64,000 nt of DNA from Spirochaetia bacterium. Lineage in GTDB: Bacteria; Spirochaetota; Spirochaetia; WTKD01; G963693115. The position numbers and the translations under genes were made by a program. The first letter of the stretch is position 1, and each line of letters begins with the position of its first letter. Below, piece after piece: positions 21,129 through 29,165 of the stretch. The DNA is taken from assembly GCA_965218205.1 (NCBI GenBank), contig OZ244590.1, forward strand, positions 915,271-979,270, written 5' to 3'. The notes beneath the pieces were generated by a model, which was not told where the DNA came from, did no database searches, and was given only the letters and a program-made list of their open reading frames with translations.

Positions 21129-22307
21129 ATGTCACGTATAATAGATAGTGAAGATGATTTTATTTTTGAGGAAACTTTTCCTCAATCATCTAATATTAAA
21201 ACAAAAATTAAGGAGATGTATGGAGAAAAGGCAAAAATACTGAGAGTAGAGAAAAAAAATAGAGGGTTTTTACGATTTTTTCTGTCTCCCTCTGTAAAGG
21301 TTACTGGTAGTATTAGCAAAAAGGAAGATAGAGCACGAGTTGAAACAAATCTTTTGTTAGGGAAAGTAAAGCAGATGCATGATAGAGAAGCAGCTCCTAG
21401 TACTCTTTCTAAAGAAGATACAGCTTTCTCTTTTGATATAAAAGATTTGAAAGGATTGCATAGTAGTTTGCAATTTTTAGAAAAAAAGGGATTTTTAACT
21501 TCTGTTTTAGAACACTTTCAAGAGAAAATGATGTCTACATTTGCTATTCCTCAGCTTCAAGATTCTGATTTTATGCACGATCAATTAAAGTATTATTTGC
21601 ATAAAAATATCCCTCTATTAGAAGAAGCTAATTTTAATGTAGATAGCACAAGAGTTGTGGCTTGTATAGGCCCTACAGGAATGGGTAAATCATTTTCACT
21701 TATGAAGCTTGCAGTACAGCTATTTAAGTCTATTCAAAAAGGGGTATATGGTTCTATTGATATTATTACACTTGACTTCTTTAAGGTAGGAGCTTCTGAA
21801 CAAATTGAAAATTTTGTCAATATGATACATAGAAAATTTCCTGAACTCAAAGATACTATTAATTTTCTTAAAATGAATGAATCTTCTGTATTTCATTCTC
21901 ATCTGCGCAAAAAAAGGAGATCGAATGTTCTGCTAATAGATACTGGAGGAAAATCAATACGCAATAGTAATGATGTTATGTTCTATAAAGATTTTCTTGA
22001 TTATGATTCTGTTGTCAATAAGCATAACTTAAAAAAAGCCTTAAAGGATAATTTAGAGCTTTATTTAGTGTTGTCTGCAAATATATCTGCCATTGATTTA
22101 CGCAATATTATTGATGTATATTCTGCATATCCTATTAAAGGAATTATTGCTACAAAATTTGATGAAACCTCTACTTTAGGTTCTTTTTTAAGTGTTTGTA
22201 TTGAAAAAAATATTCCTTTAGCGTATATAAGTTATGGCCATGAATTTTCAAACTATTTTGATGCTGCAAGTATTGAGAAATGTTTTCAATACTTGGGCAT
22301 AGAGTAG
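21129..22307 (+). CDS. flhF: flagellar biosynthesis GTPase FlhF (divergent)
   Basis: 392 aa. SRP-type GTPase motifs GPTGMGKSFS (G1) and IDTGGKS (G3). It lies after flhA. Confidence 0.8.
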   Translation: MSRIIDSEDDFIFEETFPQSSNIKTKIKEMYGEKAKILRVEKKNRGFLRFFLSPSVKVTGSISKKEDRARVETNLLLGKVKQMHDREAAPSTLSKEDTAFSFDIKDLKGLHSSLQFLEKKGFLTSVLEHFQEKMMSTFAIPQLQDSDFMHDQLKYYLHKNIPLLEEANFNVDSTRVVACIGPTGMGKSFSLMKLAVQLFKSIQKGVYGSIDIITLDFFKVGASEQIENFVNMIHRKFPELKDTINFLKMNESSVFHSHLRKKRRSNVLLIDTGGKSIRNSNDVMFYKDFLDYDSVVNKHNLKKALKDNLELYLVLSANISAIDLRNIIDVYSAYPIKGIIATKFDETSTLGSFLSVCIEKNIPLAYISYGHEFSNYFDAASIEKCFQYLGIE

Positions 22308-22349
22308 TATTTATACTATTGTTAAATATTATAGAAAGGAACAAACTAT

Positions 22350-23204
22350 ATGGAACAACAGCTTGAAAAATTAAGAGAAGAATTTGATAAAAATATCATG
22401 AACAATACTCGTATTATCACCATTGCCAGTGGGAAAGGAGGGGTTGGAAAATCTAATATTGCTACTAATCTTGCTGTTGAAGGGGCAAGTAGTGGAAAAG
22501 ATGTTATCTTATTTGATGCTGATTTAGGACTTTCCAATGTAAATATATTATTAAAGGTACTCCCTCAGTATAATCTCATAGACGTGACACGAAAACATAG
22601 AAAAATGAAAGATGTATTAGCAGATTCTGGATACGGATTTAAGTTTCTAAGCGGGACTATGGGGTTTTCTGGATTAGCAAATATTACTGACGCAATGTTA
22701 GATTATTTTGTAAAAGAAATGATGACATTATCGTTTGCTCATATTATTATTGTGGACACAAGTGCAGGTATAGGGAGAAATGTTACTACTTTTCTTGAAG
22801 TATCTGATGATATGTTGATAGTAACTACCCCAGAACCTACTGCTATGGCAGATGCATATGGTATGATGAAAGTGCTGGCTGTTGATATTAATATTAAGAA
22901 TATAAACATTCATCTGTTGGTAAATAAAGTAAAAGGACATCAGGAAGGAAAAGAAGTTGCTGACAAAATTATACAGGCAAGTGAGAACATTTTAGGATTA
23001 AAAGTAAAATATTTAGGGTCTATATTGGATGATTCTGCTGTAAATAAAGCGGTTATGCATCAGGTGCCATTTGTAGTGTTTAATCCTAAATCAAAGGCAG
23101 CCATGAACTTAAAAGCTGTTGCTCATAGGCTGATACGTCAAGAGATAAAGAATAAAAGAGGATTATGGGGTTTACTAGAAAGGTTTATTGGAGGTTCATC
23201 GTAA
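22350..23204 (+). CDS. flhG: MinD/ParA-type ATPase FlhG (YlxH/FleN)
   Basis: 284 aa. Deviant Walker A SGKGGVGKSNIA. It lies after flhF. Confidence 0.85.
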   Translation: MEQQLEKLREEFDKNIMNNTRIITIASGKGGVGKSNIATNLAVEGASSGKDVILFDADLGLSNVNILLKVLPQYNLIDVTRKHRKMKDVLADSGYGFKFLSGTMGFSGLANITDAMLDYFVKEMMTLSFAHIIIVDTSAGIGRNVTTFLEVSDDMLIVTTPEPTAMADAYGMMKVLAVDINIKNINIHLLVNKVKGHQEGKEVADKIIQASENILGLKVKYLGSILDDSAVNKAVMHQVPFVVFNPKSKAAMNLKAVAHRLIRQEIKNKRGLWGLLERFIGGSS

Positions 23205-23760
23205 TAGTCGTATGGAAGAATTGCGTATCCCACTTTTTTTTGCTATTTTCTGTTTTCTCATTTCATTTTTACTTAGCTTATTTTCAGGGATAGGTTTTTT
23301 ATCTCTACTATTACGGGCTTCTCTGTTTTTTTTACTTGGGTTTGTATTTTTATTGTTTGTAATAAAGTTTTTATTGCTTTTAGTACCTGAATTTGAAAAT
23401 GTGTTTATCGCTGTATCTAATGGTGATGAAGAGAGTGAGTTTACAGATAATGAAGAGACTGATACTGTAAATGAAGAAGACGATGAAGACGCTGATATGT
23501 TACAAAAAGACACAGAAGTAAACGATATGTCATATCATATTCAAGAAGAAGGAGATAGAGAGCAAGACAAAGAAACTATGGAACATCGGCAACTTGATAG
23601 AATTATTTCTACCCAAAATGAAAAATTGGAGTATAATAGTAATAGTGATGATTTTGATGAAACTCGTGCTGACATAATGTTAGAAGGGATTAAAAAAGAA
23701 GCCATTGAAAATAAAGATAAAATGGCAAAATCTATAAGTCATTTTTTGAAAAAAGAATAG
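23188..23760 (+). CDS. hypothetical membrane protein with acidic C-terminal tail
   Basis: 190 aa. Two or three N-terminal TM segments, then a D/E-rich tail. It lies between flhG and fliA. An alternative ATG at 23212 would avoid overlap with flhG. No recognisable family. Confidence 0.45.
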   Translation: MEVHRNSRMEELRIPLFFAIFCFLISFLLSLFSGIGFLSLLLRASLFFLLGFVFLLFVIKFLLLLVPEFENVFIAVSNGDEESEFTDNEETDTVNEEDDEDADMLQKDTEVNDMSYHIQEEGDREQDKETMEHRQLDRIISTQNEKLEYNSNSDDFDETRADIMLEGIKKEAIENKDKMAKSISHFLKKE

Positions 23761-23769
23761 GATAGAAAT

Positions 23770-24546
23770 GTGGACGATAAAGAAATAGAACTATGGAAAC
23801 AATTTAAAGAAACTGGCGATATAGAAATTCGCAATATTCTCGTTGAACAATATGCTCCGCTTGTTAAATATGTTGCAGGTAAGATGTTTCAAAAAATGCC
23901 AAAGAATGTTGAGTTTGACGATTTATTAAGTGCTGGTACATTTGGCTTATTTGATGCTATTGAAAAGTTTGATGTCACTATGAATGTGCTATTTAAGACC
24001 TATGCTATAGCAAGAATACAAGGAGCTATTAGAGATGATCTGCGAACTCATGATCCTTTACCAAGAACTATTAGGCAAAAAATTCGTGAGCTTGATGAGG
24101 TAACCCAATTACTTCAGGATAAATTAGAAAGACAGCCAACTGAAGATGAAATTTTAGAAGCTATGGGAATTCAGAAAGAGCAGTACGATAAGATTATGTC
24201 GTATGTTAGTCAAGCATATATTTTATCCTTAAATGATGTTCTTTTTACTAATAATGATGGTGAACAGATTACTTATTTTGATCAGGTAGGAACAAATATA
24301 GAAGATGCACCTGAATTTGCCTTTGCAGAAAAAGATATTATCCGTGTATTAAAATTAGCAATTCAAGAACTTCCAGAGCGAGAACTAAAAGTGCTAGTGT
24401 TGTATTATTTTGAAGAGCTAACGCTTAAAGAAATAGGAAAAGTGTTAAATGTTACAGAGTCTCGTGTATCTCAATTACATGGGCGTGCTATCAATAAACT
24501 CAAAACGAAATTATATAGTTATAAAAAAGGAGTATTTGAAAAATAA
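23770..24546 (+). CDS. fliA: flagellar RNA polymerase sigma factor FliA (sigma-28/WhiG family)
   Basis: 258 aa, GTG start. Sigma-70 region 2 (...LSAGTFGLFDAIEKFD...FKTYAIARIQGAIRDDLR) and region 4 HTH (LTLKEIGKVLNVTESRVSQLHGRAINKL). Confidence 0.88.
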   Translation: MDDKEIELWKQFKETGDIEIRNILVEQYAPLVKYVAGKMFQKMPKNVEFDDLLSAGTFGLFDAIEKFDVTMNVLFKTYAIARIQGAIRDDLRTHDPLPRTIRQKIRELDEVTQLLQDKLERQPTEDEILEAMGIQKEQYDKIMSYVSQAYILSLNDVLFTNNDGEQITYFDQVGTNIEDAPEFAFAEKDIIRVLKLAIQELPERELKVLVLYYFEELTLKEIGKVLNVTESRVSQLHGRAINKLKTKLYSYKKGVFEK

Positions 24547-24551
24547 AAGGT

Positions 24552-26486
24552 ATGGTAGATTATAAAAATTTTGTATATAAACTAAAAAATAAGCTACCTA
24601 AAAAAATAAGCGAAGAGCCTATACTGCGTATTCAAACTGGATCTATTGAAGAGATACAAGAAAAGGCAAGTAGCTATTTTAATATGCCTATTGAAAACCT
24701 TAATTTTGAAATTGAATCTATTACAAACTCTGCTAATACAAAACAGTATTCAGTAATTACTTATCCTAAAGTTAATTATTTGAGGCAGGAATTTTTTGGT
24801 ACTAATGTTGATAATAAAGATGGAATGGCTATTGTTCGCTTTGATGAATCAGGAAACATACTCCTATTAGTTGCACCAGCAGTAGGAGAAGGAAAGAATA
24901 TTACAGTTGATAGTGCAATGGATAAAGTGTATCAACGTATACCCGCTACAATTTCAATAGATGTTTCTCTCATTAAAAAAATTGTTCTTGCTGCAAAAAA
25001 TAGATGGTCATTTATAGCTACCTATCCTTATGATGTAAATAATGATGTAAAGTATAGTGTATCTTTTTCTGAAGATGAGATGATTGCTTTTTTATATATG
25101 ATTCCTCCTGGTGTGAATGGGGCAGATCCTGCAAGAAAAAAAATGAGAAATATTCTTCAGACAGAAGGGGTGAGGTATGGCATTGATGATAATATGCTTA
25201 CTCAATTAGAATATATGCCATGTTATAATGAAGCTATTGCTGTGGCGTATGGAAAAGAGGTGCATCATGGAGAAGATGCATGGATAAAGATCACATCTTC
25301 TTCTGATAAAAAGGAAGCACAAAAGAGGTATGATTTAGCACATACCTTAACTTTAGTAAAGCAAGGTGATATAATAGCCGAAAAAGTACCCTTAACATAT
25401 GGATCAGAAGGCTATACAGTGACTAACAATGAAATTTTTCCTGAACCAGGGAATGATATTGTTATAGCTTCTGGAAAAAATGCACAATTAAGTCCAGATG
25501 GAAATTCTGTGATAGCACTTAAAGATGGTGCAGTAAAGCTTATTCAAGGAAAGAAAGTAAGTGTAGAAGATTTATTAGTTATAGATTCTAGTCTCTCTTT
25601 GGAGATTGGTAATATTAATTTTCCGGGTTCGGTGCTTATTAAAGGAGATATTCCAGATGATTTTGAAATAACGGTAGGAGGGAGCTTACAAGTATACGGT
25701 GGTATTTCAAATTCTAATATACATGTAGATGGTAATCTTACCGTAGGGCATGGAATTAAAGGACGTGGAAGTGCTCAAATATATGTTGGTGGAAGTATGT
25801 TTGCAAAATTTATTGAAAGTGCTAACCTTAGTATAGATAAGGATTGTTTTGTTGAACAATCTATTATTTCATCACAAATATTAGTGAAAGGGAGAATAGT
25901 AGTGGTAAGTGGTCGTGGGAAAGTGATGAGCAGTACGCTTACTGCAGGGATGGATATTTTTGTTCGTTCTATTGGTTCTGAATTAGGAGAAAGCAGTATA
26001 CTAGAGATTAAATCAATGCCTAAGCTACGAAAGTTATATGAACAGCTTATTTTTACTAAGAGAGAAAAAATAAAAGAGCTAAATAGTTTGAAGCATTTTT
26101 TAGGAGAAGAAGATTATGCACTCATAAGAAAATTTTCCTCAATAGATAGTAACAAAAATAAAGATGATGGCTTGTATATGAAATATGAAGCGGTAAAAAA
26201 AACAGTGAGGAGTATACAGAATATACAGCGAGAACTAAAAGGTATTGTGCAAAAACTAAAAGTTCTCAATGGGTATCTTATAAAAGAAAAATCTATAGCT
26301 CATTTACATGTTATTCAGGATATTAAGGAAGGCACTGTCATCTCTATTGATAATGCGAGAATAACCACTAAAAATGATCTGCAACAAGTTGCCTTTTATT
26401 TGAATGATGAAAAAATTTCTGTACGTGATTATAATATAAAAAGTGATACCGCTAAACTTGAACAGGTGCTAAACAGTGTTAAGTAG
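24552..26486 (+). CDS. FapA-like (DUF342) flagellar-associated protein
   Basis: 644 aa. Central beta-helix-like repeats (GNINFPGSVLIKGDIPDDFEITVGGSLQVYGGISNSNIHVDGNLTVGHGI...) followed by a coiled coil, which is the DUF342 pattern. Confidence 0.7.
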   Translation: MVDYKNFVYKLKNKLPKKISEEPILRIQTGSIEEIQEKASSYFNMPIENLNFEIESITNSANTKQYSVITYPKVNYLRQEFFGTNVDNKDGMAIVRFDESGNILLLVAPAVGEGKNITVDSAMDKVYQRIPATISIDVSLIKKIVLAAKNRWSFIATYPYDVNNDVKYSVSFSEDEMIAFLYMIPPGVNGADPARKKMRNILQTEGVRYGIDDNMLTQLEYMPCYNEAIAVAYGKEVHHGEDAWIKITSSSDKKEAQKRYDLAHTLTLVKQGDIIAEKVPLTYGSEGYTVTNNEIFPEPGNDIVIASGKNAQLSPDGNSVIALKDGAVKLIQGKKVSVEDLLVIDSSLSLEIGNINFPGSVLIKGDIPDDFEITVGGSLQVYGGISNSNIHVDGNLTVGHGIKGRGSAQIYVGGSMFAKFIESANLSIDKDCFVEQSIISSQILVKGRIVVVSGRGKVMSSTLTAGMDIFVRSIGSELGESSILEIKSMPKLRKLYEQLIFTKREKIKELNSLKHFLGEEDYALIRKFSSIDSNKNKDDGLYMKYEAVKKTVRSIQNIQRELKGIVQKLKVLNGYLIKEKSIAHLHVIQDIKEGTVISIDNARITTKNDLQQVAFYLNDEKISVRDYNIKSDTAKLEQVLNSVK

Positions 26487-26778
26487 TGATGTTATTCAAA
26501 ATAATGTATCTTCTCTCTATACTGTCGCGTCTGAAGTTGACAAACTAAAGAAAGAAGGAGTAAGAAATCAGGAAGCATCTCAAAAAAAAATTGATGAGAT
26601 TGCTAGCAAACAAGTAACATCAGTGACTGCTACCGATCAAGATTCTGATGCTCAGAAAGTGCTTGATGATGAGGAAGAAAAACAGAAAAAATCGACTGAG
26701 CATAAAAATATATCTCATGAAAAAAGAGAGATAATGAAAGACACAAGTAAAGGTGTTGTTGTGGATATTACGTGTTAG
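26476..26778 (+). CDS. hypothetical small charged protein
   Basis: 100 aa. GTG start overlaps the stop of the preceding gene. K/E/D-rich, no motif recognised. Confidence 0.35.
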   Translation: MLSSDVIQNNVSSLYTVASEVDKLKKEGVRNQEASQKKIDEIASKQVTSVTATDQDSDAQKVLDDEEEKQKKSTEHKNISHEKREIMKDTSKGVVVDITC

Positions 26779-27280
26779 TGTTATGTCATGGTTGAGCATC
26801 TTTGTTATTATTTGTTTTTCAATTCTCATTAATATTGTAATATCATCATTTTTGATAGCACGATCCCATCATTCAAAAAAAATAGTATCGGAGGTGGAAC
26901 AAACATTATCAGATCTCATTAAGAATATTAATCAAGCTACATACGAACAAATAACCCTCGCAGAAGAGAGTATAAAAAAACTGCGTCATGAAAATAAACA
27001 AGGAAAAGAAGTACATGCAAAACTTGCATTTTTAAGTGAAGAGAAATATCAAGTATTATTACATGTTCTCAAAACTATTGAAAGAAAAAAAGCACACACT
27101 GTAATCACTCCTACTGGTAATAATGGTATGTCTAAAGAGAGGATGATAATAGCGAAAAAAAAATCGCAGCAAGCATCTTTGCGTACACAGAATACACAAA
27201 AAAACCATGATAATCAAACATTGCAAGACATTAATTATAGCTCATTATCATGTGATGAAATTGATTTACTCAAGCTATAG
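26753..27280 (+). CDS. hypothetical membrane-anchored coiled-coil protein
   Basis: 175 aa from GTG 26753. ATG 26783 is an equally plausible start (MSWLSIFVIICFSILINIV...). One N-terminal TM. The 3' end overlaps the convergent methyltransferase gene by 11 nt. Confidence 0.4.
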   Translation: MLLWILRVSVMSWLSIFVIICFSILINIVISSFLIARSHHSKKIVSEVEQTLSDLIKNINQATYEQITLAEESIKKLRHENKQGKEVHAKLAFLSEEKYQVLLHVLKTIERKKAHTVITPTGNNGMSKERMIIAKKKSQQASLRTQNTQKNHDNQTLQDINYSSLSCDEIDLLKL

Positions 27281-28883
27281 AGTATGATCTGAAAGTTCCA
27301 TTTTCTGTTTCCTCTATCCCTAAATAGTTATATAATACTTCTTTGTTAAAAATAGTTTCTTTATGTAACACTTCATGATATATTGGTAAATATTCTAAAT
27401 TTTTTCGCAGTACTTTGTTAGTCTTAAATAATGATGAATATAGCCAGTTCATAAAATCAGAACTCAAATAATCTGCTAAAATTGAGTGTTTGATTGGAAC
27501 ATACATGTTAGGAATTACTAAATTTGCACTATTTAATAAAAAATGTCCTTGTGTATCATGTGCAAAAATTAATTTTGATGAAATAAAACGATATACCAAT
27601 TTACTGTTAGCGGTATACAAGTTTCTGTCTGCCACTTGTTGATATAATGATACATTCTTAGGGATAAATAATTTTGGATCTTCAATGCATTTATTATGAA
27701 TATCTTTGCCACATAAAATTGGCATATATCCCTCTTTTTCTTTTTTACTAAAAAATTTGGAATTATTACCAGTTACTATCCCTAAACCCCAACGAGCATT
27801 ATTAGCTAATGTTATATGCTTGAAGGATAATAAATATTCAATGGTATTTTGTTCCTCTTGTGTTACATCAATATTGAAAATATGTTCCCAATTTCTTTTA
27901 AATGAATGTTGTAGTCGAGTATGAGAGATTGTATCATTATATTTTGAACAACAAACTATATTATTTGATGTGCTTTTTTTATTTTTTAGAAATAGTCCAA
28001 CAGAAGAAGCCATCAATCCTTTAAACGGTTTTTTATAATCTACTAAACTAAGTATTTCTTTCTCTACTATTTTTGTTCTAATGTCAGCAAAAGCACTCAC
28101 AGAAAAACAAGAATCTGGTAATAGTAACCCAATAAAGCCATTTTCTTTGGTGCATAAAATAGACAATGCTATAAAAAAAGCCGAGCTATCCATACTTTTA
28201 CCTGTTTGAAAAGTACGAGAAAAATTATATTTTATATTTTTTGAATATTTTTTTCCCCATGGTGGATTGGTCATTATCACATTGTATGTTTCAGTTTTTC
28301 CTAGATAATACTGCTCTAAAGTATCAATATGTTTTAAGTGTGCATAACGTCCTGTGCGTTCAAAGATACGTTTTTTTGCTATGTTCAGAGCTGTTTTGTC
28401 GGTATCAAAACCATAAATATTTTCAGGTTCAAACCCAGCTTCAATAGCCCCTAATAAAAAATTTCCTGTGCCACAACAAGGATCACAAAAAGTCATACTA
28501 TCATTAATATCATCTGTTATTTTTTCAAAAAAGTCCTTAATGATATTCTCGGGAGTGTAAAATATTCCTTCTTTATTTCGATAAGAGTTTGATAATCCCT
28601 TTTCATATAGAGAACTTAGTTGCTCAGTTGCGTATTTTTTTTCTGCAATACTCTTAATTAATTCATCATGATTATGTGTATCTAATAGTAATTTATTGGC
28701 ACGAGAATGTAATTTTTCTTTGCCTAAGATATTATTTTGAAAATGAGAAAAGGATGTATAACTTACCAAACCTTTTCCTGTAGAGTGTAAATATCCACAT
28801 TTTACCCAATTTCTGACAGTTGCTAAGGAAACACTAAATTTCTCTGTAATCCAATCATAAGAGACATGCTCAGTATGTATCAT
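27270..28883 (-). CDS. HTH-fused N6-adenine DNA methyltransferase (gamma class, Eco57I/TaqI-like with TaqI-type C-terminal specificity domain); no nuclease partner
   Basis: 537 aa. N-terminal excisionase/MerR-type HTH (FSVSLATVRNWVKCGYL), SAM motif I DPCCGTGNFLLGA, catalytic motif IV TNPPWG and a TaqI_C-like GIVTGNNSKFF. Confidence 0.85.
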   Translation of the reverse strand: MIHTEHVSYDWITEKFSVSLATVRNWVKCGYLHSTGKGLVSYTSFSHFQNNILGKEKLHSRANKLLLDTHNHDELIKSIAEKKYATEQLSSLYEKGLSNSYRNKEGIFYTPENIIKDFFEKITDDINDSMTFCDPCCGTGNFLLGAIEAGFEPENIYGFDTDKTALNIAKKRIFERTGRYAHLKHIDTLEQYYLGKTETYNVIMTNPPWGKKYSKNIKYNFSRTFQTGKSMDSSAFFIALSILCTKENGFIGLLLPDSCFSVSAFADIRTKIVEKEILSLVDYKKPFKGLMASSVGLFLKNKKSTSNNIVCCSKYNDTISHTRLQHSFKRNWEHIFNIDVTQEEQNTIEYLLSFKHITLANNARWGLGIVTGNNSKFFSKKEKEGYMPILCGKDIHNKCIEDPKLFIPKNVSLYQQVADRNLYTANSKLVYRFISSKLIFAHDTQGHFLLNSANLVIPNMYVPIKHSILADYLSSDFMNWLYSSLFKTNKVLRKNLEYLPIYHEVLHKETIFNKEVLYNYLGIEETENGTFRSYSIA

Positions 28884-29084
28884 TGTATTCCTTTTCCATT
28901 TTTTTAGTATATCTAATTTGAGAGTTTTTATTTTGATATGAGATGCTCTTGCTTTTTTGTTGCTCTATCTTTTAGAATAGCTTTTTTTCTTTTATCTGAT
29001 ATTTTATCGGATCAAATATTTTACTTAAGCAGTGCTTAAAATTGAGAATAAAAGGCTATTTTTTAAAAAATAGACATTTTACTA

Positions 29085-29113
29085 TTGCATTTTTTTTTTT
29101 TTCATTGTATGAT
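29085..29113 (+). promoter_or_regulatory. predicted sigma-70 promoter of lipoprotein paralog 1: TTGCAT-17 nt-TATGAT, spacer mostly a T13 tract (29090-29102)
   Basis: The hexamers and 17-nt spacing were read directly. The promoter is about 50 nt upstream of SD AAAGGAG and ATG 29166. Confidence 0.55.
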
Positions 29114-29165
29114 ATAGTCATATTTGTAAAAAATTCAAGTGTTAATCTTGAAAAAGGAGCGAAAT

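Noticed and set aside
28634-28641. A8/T8 runs inside the two methyltransferase genes (also 57279-57286) as phase-variation tracts.
   Set aside because: A/T runs of 7-9 are frequent everywhere in this AT-rich window, including in core genes, so they are not distinctive evidence for switching.
29139-29165. N-terminal extension MLILKKERN on paralogs 1, 2 and 4 (track starts 29139, 32334, 41062).
   Set aside because: The GTG lies upstream of, and reads through, the SD AAAGGAG that is perfectly spaced for the internal ATG (29166, 32361, 41089). The ATG-initiated product begins with a standard lipoprotein signal (MKKNH..).
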